Assembly: GCA_016707785.1 (NCBI GenBank) | Contig: JADJGZ010000001.1 | Span: 324,484-388,483 of the forward strand | DNA: 64,000 bases | Direction: 5' to 3' | Origin: Bacteroidales bacterium | GTDB taxonomy: Bacteria; Bacteroidota; Bacteroidia; Bacteroidales; UBA4417 | Part shown: piece after piece, positions 32,726-40,937 of the stretch | Position numbering within the stretch: position 1 is the first letter of the stretch | Layout: each line of letters opens with the position of its first letter | Made by a program: the position numbers and the translations under genes | Notes under the pieces: generated by a model | What the model saw: the letters and a program-made list of their open reading frames with translations, nothing else | Database searches by the model: none | What the model was told of the DNA's origin: nothing

Positions 32726-34195
32726 TTATTTTTCTAGTTTATTGCTTTCAGATGGATTTGTAACATTAGATTCGGTAACAGTTTTGAATCCCAATTTCCG
32801 GCCTTCAGCCAGCATCATATGATAGGCATCTTCAAAACAGTTTTCAATAATTCCGTCGAGTATTGCTTCACGGATAGAAGTCTTGATGATTCCTACCTCT
32901 TTACAGGGAGAAATACCAAAGGTTTCCATGATCAATTCCCCTGAAATCGGTGGTTGCCAGTTCCGAAGCTTATCCTTTTCTTCTATTTCTTTAAGTTTTT
33001 TCCTGACGATCTCAAAATTACCCATGTATCTTTTAACTTTCTCGGGATTTTTTGAGGTTATATCTGCTTCACAGAGGGTCATCAAGTCGTCAATGTCATC
33101 TCCGGCATCGAACAGGAGACGCCGGATTGCTGAATCAGTGACTTCTTCTTCCGATAACACAATTGGACGAAGATGCAATTGAACCAGTTTCTGAACATAT
33201 TTCATCTTTTCATTCAATGGCAGTCGCATGGAAGTGAAAATTGCAGGGATCATTTTCATCCCCTTGAATTCATGTCCATGAAAGGTCCAGCCGGTACCCG
33301 GATCAAAACGCTTGGTAACCGGTTTGGCAATATCATGCAGGAGAGCAGCCCAACGGAGCCAAAGATTATCTGTGTTTGGGGCAATCCGGTCCACCACTTC
33401 GAGCGTATGGTAGAAATTATCCTTATGACCCTTACCATCAATATTTTCGGCACCTTTCAATGCAACAAAATGTGGAAAAATTCTTTCCAGAAGATGGGAA
33501 TCATCCAACAACAGGAAACCAGTTGAAGGACGGGATGAGAGAATTATTTTATTTAATTCTTCGGTAATACGTTCTTTGGAGATGATTTCTATTCGCTCAG
33601 CATTTCGCCTGATTGCCTGGAAAGTATCCGGATAAATCGTAAATTCCAATTGGGTAGCGAAACGGATTGCCCTCATCATTCTGAGAGGGTCATCAGCAAA
33701 GGTGATATCCGGGTTCAATGGCGTCTTGATAATCCCTTCCGATAAATCTGTCAATCCGTTAAAAGGGTCAATAAGATCACCGAATTGAGCAGTACCAAGG
33801 TCAAGTGCAAGTGCATTAATAGTAAAGTCACGTCTTAGCTGATCATCACTGATTGTACCAGGGCTAACGGCAGGCTTCCTGGATTCTTTTCTATAAGATT
33901 CTTTCCTTGCACCTACGAATTCAAGCTGCAAATCATCAAGCATGAACATTGCTGTCCCAAAATTCTTAAAAACAGTCACTTTCCTTACTCCCAAGGCTTT
34001 GGCTGTTTTTTCAGCAAGCTCAATTCCGTCTCCAGAAGTAACAATATCTATATCCTTCGAAGGGCGTTTCAGGAGCATATCCCTCACAAAACCACCAATT
34101 ACATAGGCATCAGTGCTAAGCGAAGCTGCAGTATCTGATATAGTTTTAAAAACGGGGGTAGTAAGGTAACTGCTATAATTCGGTCGATTCATCAA
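32726..34195 (-). CDS. cca: tRNA nucleotidyltransferase / poly(A) polymerase family protein with HD domain (CCA-adding enzyme-like)
   Basis: 489-aa ORF with GGFVRD...DIDIV (the nucleotidyltransferase DxD), RRDFTINA and LLHDIAKP (HD). Confidence 0.82.
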   Translation of the reverse strand: MMNRPNYSSYLTTPVFKTISDTAASLSTDAYVIGGFVRDMLLKRPSKDIDIVTSGDGIELAEKTAKALGVRKVTVFKNFGTAMFMLDDLQLEFVGARKESYRKESRKPAVSPGTISDDQLRRDFTINALALDLGTAQFGDLIDPFNGLTDLSEGIIKTPLNPDITFADDPLRMMRAIRFATQLEFTIYPDTFQAIRRNAERIEIISKERITEELNKIILSSRPSTGFLLLDDSHLLERIFPHFVALKGAENIDGKGHKDNFYHTLEVVDRIAPNTDNLWLRWAALLHDIAKPVTKRFDPGTGWTFHGHEFKGMKMIPAIFTSMRLPLNEKMKYVQKLVQLHLRPIVLSEEEVTDSAIRRLLFDAGDDIDDLMTLCEADITSKNPEKVKRYMGNFEIVRKKLKEIEEKDKLRNWQPPISGELIMETFGISPCKEVGIIKTSIREAILDGIIENCFEDAYHMMLAEGRKLGFKTVTESNVTNPSESNKLEK

Positions 34196-34368
34196 TACTA
34201 TTTGTCAACATTCTCCTATTACCAACCAATTTGGAAGGGCCACAAAATTACAAATTTCGATGTGAATAGTTCTAGTTTTTTTTTCTTCAGGATGCTTGCA
34301 ATGTTCCGCTGATATTCTAATTTTGACCATAAATAGAGAAGTAGTTAACACCTGTTAAAACCAAGTTT

Positions 34369-35559
34369 ATGGCAAAAAGGACAATTGTAGCGATGCCCGG
34401 AGATGGCATCGGGAAAGCAGTACTGGATGAGGCTATCCGCGTGTTGGATGCAGCCGGTTTTGATGCTGAATATGTAAATGGTGACATTGGATGGGAATTC
34501 TGGTGCAAGGAAGGAAACCCTCTTCCTGATCGCACAATAGAGCTTCTCAAGAAACACAAAATAGCGCTTTTTGGAGCTATTACTTCCAAGCCAAAGGACA
34601 AAGCTGCATCTGAACTTGCTCCTGAACTTCAGGGCAAAGGATATACCTATTATAGTCCAATTGTTTCCATGCGCCAGATGTTTGATCTGGATATCTGCCA
34701 GCGTCCATGCCGGACTTTTAAAGGAAACCCTCTGAATTTTATCAGAAGGGGAAAGGGCGGAACGATTGATGAGCCTGTTATCGATACCATGATTTTCCGT
34801 CAAAACACTGAGGGATTATATGGTGGTGTTGAATGGACAAATCCTTCGGATCTTGTTTATGAAGCCCTCATGAGCCATCCTAAATTCAAAGAAAATTTTG
34901 CATGGTGCCCTCGTCCTGAACTAGCTGTTTCAACTCGTATTTTCACAAAAAAATATACTACCCGGATCGTAAAAGCTGCATTTGAATATGCTAAAGAAAA
35001 AGGGTTTAAAACAGTTACTGTTTGCGAAAAGCCTAATGTGATCCGTGAGACTTCCGGAATGATGCTGAAAGTTGCACAGGAAATGTCGAAGAATGAATAC
35101 CCTGATATTCGTGTTCAGGATGTAAACATTGATGCCCAAATGATGTGGCTGACAAAGAATCCTGAAACTTATAATGTTATTGTTGCCGGAAATATGTTCG
35201 GAGATATCGTTTCCGATGGATTCGCCGGACTTGTCGGAGGTCTTGGATTTGCATGCAGTGCCAATATTGGTCCTGAAGTTGCTGTTTTTGAGCCTACACA
35301 TGGTTCAGCACCTAAGTATGCAGATTACCCAGTTTCCATAGTCAACCCGATAGCCATGGTGATGTCAGCCTGTATGATGCTTGACCATATTGGTGAAGGT
35401 GAGATGGCTACCCGGATCAGGAAAGCAATTTCCATGGTGGTTGAAGAAGGTAAGGTGATGGCGTACGACATGTTGAAAATGGGAGGTTCACCTGATGTAG
35501 TAAATCAGGGTGCCGCTTCAACCCGTCAGATGGCTGATGCCATTATTGCAAAGCTCTAG
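34369..35559 (+). CDS. Isocitrate/isopropylmalate-family beta-decarboxylating dehydrogenase (substrate unassigned)
   Basis: 396-aa ORF with PGDGIG, SPIVSMRQMFDLDICQRP, IFRQNTEGLYGG and NMFGDIVSD motifs. Confidence 0.85.
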   Translation: MAKRTIVAMPGDGIGKAVLDEAIRVLDAAGFDAEYVNGDIGWEFWCKEGNPLPDRTIELLKKHKIALFGAITSKPKDKAASELAPELQGKGYTYYSPIVSMRQMFDLDICQRPCRTFKGNPLNFIRRGKGGTIDEPVIDTMIFRQNTEGLYGGVEWTNPSDLVYEALMSHPKFKENFAWCPRPELAVSTRIFTKKYTTRIVKAAFEYAKEKGFKTVTVCEKPNVIRETSGMMLKVAQEMSKNEYPDIRVQDVNIDAQMMWLTKNPETYNVIVAGNMFGDIVSDGFAGLVGGLGFACSANIGPEVAVFEPTHGSAPKYADYPVSIVNPIAMVMSACMMLDHIGEGEMATRIRKAISMVVEEGKVMAYDMLKMGGSPDVVNQGAASTRQMADAIIAKL

Positions 35560-35578
35560 TATTTAAAGCTGAATGAAT

Positions 35579-35613
35579 AATCCCCTTTGTTTATTACTTA
35601 GACAAAGGGGATT
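35579..35613 (+). terminator. Hairpin after the dehydrogenase gene
   Basis: aatcccctttgt / acaaaggggatt is a 12-bp perfect stem with an 11-nt loop. The T-tract is weak. Confidence 0.5.
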
Positions 35614-35655
35614 ATATTAAGAAATACATTAATTTCAATCAAAAGATATAAGTAT

Positions 35656-36222
35656 ATGGTGATTAAACCTGAATTTATCGAACAAGCCAGGGAATTATGG
35701 CCTGAACTTGAATGGATCAATGATTCATCACTTAAAGAACAAACTACCCATACCTGGGCACTGGCACTTCAAAAGAGTGTGCTGACTCCCAAGGATTTGA
35801 ATACCATTCCTTTCACCCTTCTTTGTGGGCCTGACCTCAAGGTTACCTTCATGGGACATAAGAGGGCGGTTGTGCATATTGCCAAAGATTGCGGAGATCA
35901 GATGAATAAATTCTTCAAAGATGATCTCCCTGTAAATATGGATGTCCTTATTGCAGGTGCTATTCTGGCCGATGTTGGAAAATTGCTTGAATATGAATTA
36001 AAGGATGGAAAATCTGTACAAGGAAGTTATGGTAAATACGTGCGTCATCCCTTTTCAGGCGTTTCTCTGGCAGAGCAGTGCGGTGTTCCCGCCAGTGTTT
36101 GTCACATCATTGCAACCCATGCAGGAGAAGGCGACATGGTAAAGCGTTCAGTTGAAGCATATGTAGTGCATCATGCTGATTTCATGACATTTGAACCATT
36201 TCGTGAAAGACTAAAGCTCTAA
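35656..36222 (+). CDS. HD-domain-like protein with atypical metal dyad
   Basis: 188-aa ORF with an HD-superfamily layout (H...x...LADVGK...H...HH.D). The position that normally reads HD reads AD. Confidence 0.65.
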   Translation: MVIKPEFIEQARELWPELEWINDSSLKEQTTHTWALALQKSVLTPKDLNTIPFTLLCGPDLKVTFMGHKRAVVHIAKDCGDQMNKFFKDDLPVNMDVLIAGAILADVGKLLEYELKDGKSVQGSYGKYVRHPFSGVSLAEQCGVPASVCHIIATHAGEGDMVKRSVEAYVVHHADFMTFEPFRERLKL

Positions 36223-36376
36223 ATCTTCTGATTTTCGTGTTAACCGGTAACTCAACATCTGTGTTGAAGATACTGTTTAGGAAGAATCCATGTCAGGAAT
36301 TGCAGCAAAATCAACTGCTTTTTAATAAAATAGTGACAGATCAATGTTAACTTATTAACCCATAACCTTATATAAT

Positions 36377-38179
36377 ATGATGACCATCATAGAGAAAATT
36401 ATTGCCCAACATTCGAACCAGTCGATTGTGAAACCAGGGGATATTGTGGATGTATTTATTGATGCCCGTGCTGCCAGGGATTTTGGAGGAGCCAATGTTG
36501 TTGAAAATATTCTTAACAATGGGTTAACTGTACATGATCCATCCAGGACTTTCTTCACTTTCGATTGCAATCCTGGAGGCAGTGATCAGAAATATGCTGC
36601 CAATCAGCATTTTTGCAGGCTGTTTGCCAGGCAGAATGACATAAAGGTTTATGATATTGATTCAGGAGTAGGTACCCACCTTGCCATTGATAAAGGGTTA
36701 GCTTTTCCTGGCAGTACTTTTGTATCCACTGATTCGCATGCCAACATTATGGGTGCAATTGGGGCATTCGGACAAGGGATGGGCGACCAGGATATTGCTG
36801 CTGCATGGGCAAAAGGATCTGTTTGGTTTAAAGTACCTGAATCAGTAAGGCTTATACTAAATGGGAAAAAACCTTCCAATGTATCTGCCAAAGATGTGAT
36901 CCTAAATCTTCTGGCCATTTATGGCGCCAATAAACTTTTGGGCTATTCTGTAGAGATTAGTGGAATTCCTGTGGAAGAGTTTACCCTGGATGAAAGAATC
37001 ACCATTGCCTCTATGGCGACAGAGATGGGGGCAATTATTCTGCTTTTTACTCCAAATGATAAGATACTGGGAGAACTCTATGCAAAGACTGGCAAGCTTT
37101 TCCAAGCGGTTACCCCGGATGAAGGAGCAAGCTATGTTTTTTCCCATGAAATCGATATGTCGGCCTTTGTTCCGATGGTTGCCAACCCTGGTCATCCGCA
37201 TGACGATTCACCAGTTTCGCTGGTTAAAAACACAAAGATTGATTCTGCATTCCTGGGCAGTTGTACAAATGGGAGAATTGAGGATCTCCGCATAGCAGCT
37301 GATATCCTAAAAGGAAGGCGGGTTGCCCCCGGAGTAGTATTCAAGGTAGTCCCTTCAACTGATGCTATCTGGCGTCAGGCCTTAGATGAAGGCCTTATCC
37401 AGATTTTTAAGGACGCAGGTGCCTTAGTTTCCAATGCAGGTTGTGCGGGTTGTGCTGCAGGGCAAGTGGGACAAAACGGCCCCGAAGAGATCAGTATCAG
37501 CACAGGAAACAGGAATTTCTCAGGCAAACAGGGAAAAGGTTCCATGTATCTTGCTTCCCCTGAAATTGTTGCTGCTTCAGCCATCGCCGGATTCATTACC
37601 ACTCCCGATGAAATACCAGATGAACCCGCTTTATTTGCTAAGAAAGAGATGAAAGCCCGGGAAGTAGTTACCAGGGAGATCACTGAAAAGCCTTTCATAT
37701 TTGAAGGAAGAGCATGGGTAATCCGCAGAGATGATATCGATACTGATATGATCTTCCATAACAGGTACTTAACCATCACTAATATTAAAGAGATGGGACA
37801 GTATTCATTCGACAATCTGAAAGGCTATGAAGACTTTGCCAAGAAAGCGCAGCCAGGAGATATCATATTTACAACCAAGAATTTCGGGGCAGGAAGTTCA
37901 AGACAGCAGGCGGTGGATTGCTTCCTTTCCCTGGGTGTATCTGCCATTATTGCTGAATCGTTTGGTGCCATATATGAGCGAAATGCTATTAATGCTGCCA
38001 TGCCAATCCTCACCTATAGTGCCGGTCAACTTGAAGAACTCGGACTGGAGCAGGATGACAAAGTCAGAATCAATATTCAAACAGGGGAATTAAATAACCT
38101 GACCCGCAACAAAACAGTTATGATCAATAAGTGTTATGATGCACAATTACAGATCTATAAAAATGGAGGACTCTTATAA
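36377..38179 (+). CDS. Aconitase-family hydro-lyase, fused large (LeuC-like) and small (LeuD-like) subunits
   Basis: 600-aa ORF with DSHANIMGA, GSCTNGRIEDL and NAGCAGCAAG (Fe-S Cys ligands). After about aa 430 comes a swivel domain with NFGAGSSRQQAV. Confidence 0.85.
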   Translation: MMTIIEKIIAQHSNQSIVKPGDIVDVFIDARAARDFGGANVVENILNNGLTVHDPSRTFFTFDCNPGGSDQKYAANQHFCRLFARQNDIKVYDIDSGVGTHLAIDKGLAFPGSTFVSTDSHANIMGAIGAFGQGMGDQDIAAAWAKGSVWFKVPESVRLILNGKKPSNVSAKDVILNLLAIYGANKLLGYSVEISGIPVEEFTLDERITIASMATEMGAIILLFTPNDKILGELYAKTGKLFQAVTPDEGASYVFSHEIDMSAFVPMVANPGHPHDDSPVSLVKNTKIDSAFLGSCTNGRIEDLRIAADILKGRRVAPGVVFKVVPSTDAIWRQALDEGLIQIFKDAGALVSNAGCAGCAAGQVGQNGPEEISISTGNRNFSGKQGKGSMYLASPEIVAASAIAGFITTPDEIPDEPALFAKKEMKAREVVTREITEKPFIFEGRAWVIRRDDIDTDMIFHNRYLTITNIKEMGQYSFDNLKGYEDFAKKAQPGDIIFTTKNFGAGSSRQQAVDCFLSLGVSAIIAESFGAIYERNAINAAMPILTYSAGQLEELGLEQDDKVRINIQTGELNNLTRNKTVMINKCYDAQLQIYKNGGLL

Positions 38180-38197
38180 TTTATCCTCCGAATTATG

Positions 38198-38730
38198 AAA
38201 AAGAGGCTGTCTCAAAACTTTTGAGACGGTCTCCTTTTTTTAGAGAGACATTTACATCTTGTAACCCCAGCCTTTAGGCTGGGGACATGCTGCTCAACAA
38301 AAACCGTGGCCTTTAGGCCTGACAGATTGGTTTGAAGTTGAGCAGAAAAATGTTTCCTGTTTGTTCTTTCAATATTCACTAAAACAATGCCCGAAATTTC
38401 ATACTGAAACAACAACAATTATGAAGGTAAATGTTATCATAATAGGTTAATTATTCATTCCATAAGTCAGGCCTAAAGGCCGCTCTTACTTGGTATTGAC
38501 AACCCCAGCCTAAAGGCTGGGGTTTCAAGATGATTTATGAATATTTTCTGATTAAATAGGCCTGAACTCCTGAGTTACAGTATCATCTTTCAAGTCAATA
38601 AATGAAGATGTCTCAAATTCAACATTTTGTCATAATCTCGTCTTCACTCGATTTGAAAAAATGGATGAGATTTAGTGGTCAGACTGTGCGGAGCCGAAGT
38701 TGACTACGCCTTTTGAGACAGCCTCTTTTT
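38198..38730. repeat. 533-bp hairpin-rich element bounded by 20-bp perfect inverted repeats (MITE/REP-like or structured RNA)
   Basis: aaaaagaggctgtctcaaaa at 38198-38217 and its exact reverse complement at 38711-38730. An inner inverted pair (38258-38323 and 38466-38529) each carries hairpins ccccagcc-N4-ggctgggg and ggcc-N4-ggcc. Confidence 0.6.
38203..38241 (+). terminator. Rho-independent terminator of the aconitase-family gene
   Basis: gaggctgtctca / tgagacggtctc forms a 12-bp stem (two G-U pairs) with a 7-nt loop, followed by a T7 run. Confidence 0.75.
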
Positions 38731-38814
38731 TTAGTTGAAGTGAGCTATATTAGCTACTATTAGTTTGAGATAAACCTCAAAAAATTTGGCAAGAAATAAC
38801 TCAATGAATCATTT

Positions 38815-39204
38815 TCACTTAGACTCATGAACTTTTGCAGGGGACATTAAAAGAACACCCGGAAGAACAAAAGGCAAAGAAAATAGCAATGCCATTTGCC
38901 ATCCCTGGAAGCCGCCGGAAATTAACAGGTATATCCCCATGATCACTCCACCTGCGATCATCACTATACCACCTTTTTTTTGTCTTTTCCAGGCTAATAC
39001 ATACCCGGAAACTGTAAGCAGCATCATGATTAAAATAGGGACAACACCCAATTTGCCATCAATTATTTCTGCTACACCATCACCTATCAGGAATAGAAGG
39101 AAAAACAAAGAGGGTAAAAAACCCAGCACCAAGGCCAGAACATGCAGTATAGTAAAGTTCGGGAACCAGGATTTAATGGATTTCATATTAATTGTTTCAG
39201 ACAT
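38815..39204 (-). CDS. Small integral membrane protein
   Basis: 129-aa ORF with four predicted hydrophobic helices. I recognise no family. Confidence 0.5.
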   Translation of the reverse strand: MSETINMKSIKSWFPNFTILHVLALVLGFLPSLFFLLFLIGDGVAEIIDGKLGVVPILIMMLLTVSGYVLAWKRQKKGGIVMIAGGVIMGIYLLISGGFQGWQMALLFSLPFVLPGVLLMSPAKVHESK

Positions 39205-39231
39205 TCAAAGATAACAGTTTCACTTATATCC

Positions 39232-39843
39232 TTAATTACCGGAAAACTCAGTACCGAAAGTAATGTAACCGGGATAGGTAATAGGAAAACCAGAAACATT
39301 TATCGTTGGTTGAAGTTTCATAGTAAATCTGGTAGGTTTATTTCCGGTACCAGCAAGATTTAATCCGAAATTCACAATAGCATCAAGGCTTTTGCCGGAA
39401 AGGGCTTGCTTCAGATCAACACTCATCTTCATAGGAATAACAGCGATGCCATTATTGGCGGGTATTGTAACCTGCTGATTTACGACTCCTTTAGTCATTT
39501 CTATCCCGTCAATGAAGAGAATCCAATCTAACTTTGTAATTCCTGCAGCGGCAGTATTTGGATTTTTAGCCTCAATATTGAGCGTAAAGTCGAGAGGGAA
39601 TTGTCCTGAGGCAACTGCTGCAGTAAGCTTAGCGGCATCTTTTAGTGTGAGGTCAGAGTATTTATGAATGCTCTGTACATTAATCCCAGCCAAGGTTAAT
39701 TGATTGACTGACTGTAATTTAAATTCGCACTTGGAAAGATTTGCCATTTGAGATGCTTGTTGAAGAACATCGCAGGAATTCATCGTAAGCGCGGAGAGCA
39801 AAATAATGAGGAAACCAGTAATTTTATACTTATACGTTTTCAT
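39232..39843 (-). CDS. Lipoprotein, LEA_2/NDR1-like beta-sandwich candidate
   Basis: 203-aa ORF with a signal peptide ending LTMNSC (lipobox-like). The family assignment is tentative. Confidence 0.5.
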   Translation of the reverse strand: MKTYKYKITGFLIILLSALTMNSCDVLQQASQMANLSKCEFKLQSVNQLTLAGINVQSIHKYSDLTLKDAAKLTAAVASGQFPLDFTLNIEAKNPNTAAAGITKLDWILFIDGIEMTKGVVNQQVTIPANNGIAVIPMKMSVDLKQALSGKSLDAIVNFGLNLAGTGNKPTRFTMKLQPTINVSGFPITYPGYITFGTEFSGN

Positions 39844-39980
39844 GATTTATAGATTTTATGGGATGGGAAATAGCAAAAACCATTCCTGAAATTATTTAGA
39901 ATGATTCGAAATTTATGAAAAGTCAAACTTAGTAATAAAAAAGTATCGACATTTGAGCAAATAAATACCCAATTATCAAA

Positions 39981-40379
39981 ATGGCAAAAATAGTTTCATA
40001 TTCAGAAGCAGCTTCAATAGGAATGCATGGAATGGTGCTGGTTGCACGTGCAGGAGAAACAGTGAATGTACAGAAAATCTCTGATATTACCGGCTCAAGC
40101 CGCCATCATGTTGCCAAAGTGATGCAACGCCTTGTGAAAGAAGGTTTTTTGCTCTCAAACAGGGGCCCTTCGGGAGGATTTCAACTGAGTGTTGATCCTG
40201 GTAGTGTTACCTTACTTCAGATTTATGAATCTATTGAAGGGCATGTTAAAGTTGTAGAATGTCCTCATGACAAGCCTGTATGCCCTTTTGGCAAATGTAT
40301 TCTTGGGACCGTTGTACTACAGATGAGTCAACTATTCAGAGATCACCTAAATAGCCATACACTGGCCGATTTGCTCTAG
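39981..40379 (+). CDS. Rrf2-family transcriptional regulator (Fe-S type), copy 1
   Basis: 132-aa ORF with a winged-helix N-terminus (...SSRHHVAKVMQRLVKEGFLLSNRGPSGGF) and a C-x6-C-x4-C cluster motif (CPHDKPVCPFGKC). Confidence 0.88.
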   Translation: MAKIVSYSEAASIGMHGMVLVARAGETVNVQKISDITGSSRHHVAKVMQRLVKEGFLLSNRGPSGGFQLSVDPGSVTLLQIYESIEGHVKVVECPHDKPVCPFGKCILGTVVLQMSQLFRDHLNSHTLADLL

Positions 40380-40460
40380 AACTAAAGGTTTGTTCTTCTC
40401 CCCTTTCAAATTGTAATAAAAGATTTTTTTAACAAAAACACCAAAAGTCTAAAAACAATG

Positions 40461-40468
40461 TATATTTG
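40461..40468 (+). promoter_or_regulatory. Candidate -7 box (TATATTTG) of Rrf2 copy 2, bracketed by a 6-bp inverted repeat
   Basis: TATATTTG matches TAnnTTTG. ACAATG (40455-40460) and CATTGT (40471-40476) flank it. I see no clear -33 TTTG. Confidence 0.3.
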
Positions 40469-40499
40469 CGCATTGTAATACTTAAATTCCTATTTAGAA

Positions 40500-40937
40500 T
40501 TGAGCAAGATTGTACATATTTCTGAAGCGGCTTCAATAGCTATTCATAGCCTGGCAATCATTGCGTCCAGTCCTGAGATGTTGAATGCAAGGCAGATTGC
40601 AAAGCTGACTGGCTCATCTTCGAACCATCTTTCAAAGGTGATGCAACTCCTGGTAAAAAATGATTATCTAAAATCGACGCGTGGTCCAAATGGAGGATTT
40701 ATTCTCAATAAACCAGCCAACCAGATCACCCTCCTGGAAGTTTATGAATTTATTGAAGGTGAGATAGATTGTAAGTTTTGTGGCATACCCGAGGAAAAAT
40801 GTCCATTTATTAGTTGTGTTTTTGGTCTTAAAGCTGAAATTTTTTCAGAAGAATTTGTTTTATACCTGAAACAGACCATGATATCAGATCTAACAACCAA
40901 ACCAAAAATATATGCTTCGAAAGATCATTCAAATTGA
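40500..40937 (+). CDS. Rrf2-family transcriptional regulator (Fe-S type), copy 2
   Basis: 145-aa ORF with a TTG start. It has the same N-terminal layout as copy 1 (SSSNHLSKVMQLLVKNDYLKSTRGPNGGF) and C-x2-C-x6-C-x4-C. Confidence 0.85.
   Translation: MSKIVHISEAASIAIHSLAIIASSPEMLNARQIAKLTGSSSNHLSKVMQLLVKNDYLKSTRGPNGGFILNKPANQITLLEVYEFIEGEIDCKFCGIPEEKCPFISCVFGLKAEIFSEEFVLYLKQTMISDLTTKPKIYASKDHSN

Noticed and set aside
34317-34803. Minus-strand ORFs of 94 and 152 aa overlapping the 5' part of the dehydrogenase gene.
   Set aside because: They are antisense to a well-supported conserved CDS and have no recognisable features.
36902-37815. Several 72-146-aa ORFs on both strands inside the aconitase-family gene.
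   Set aside because: They are alternative-frame or antisense products of a strongly supported 600-aa CDS.
38212-38418. 68-aa minus-strand ORF inside the hairpin-rich intergenic region.
   Set aside because: It spans the terminator and palindromic hairpins, has low-complexity composition and has no start context.
38324-38465. Invertible promoter segment flanked by the inner inverted repeats.
   Set aside because: There is no TAnnTTTG-type promoter on either strand of the 142-bp core. There is no site-specific recombinase gene in the neighbourhood. The idea is kept only as a minor alternative in the repeat finding.
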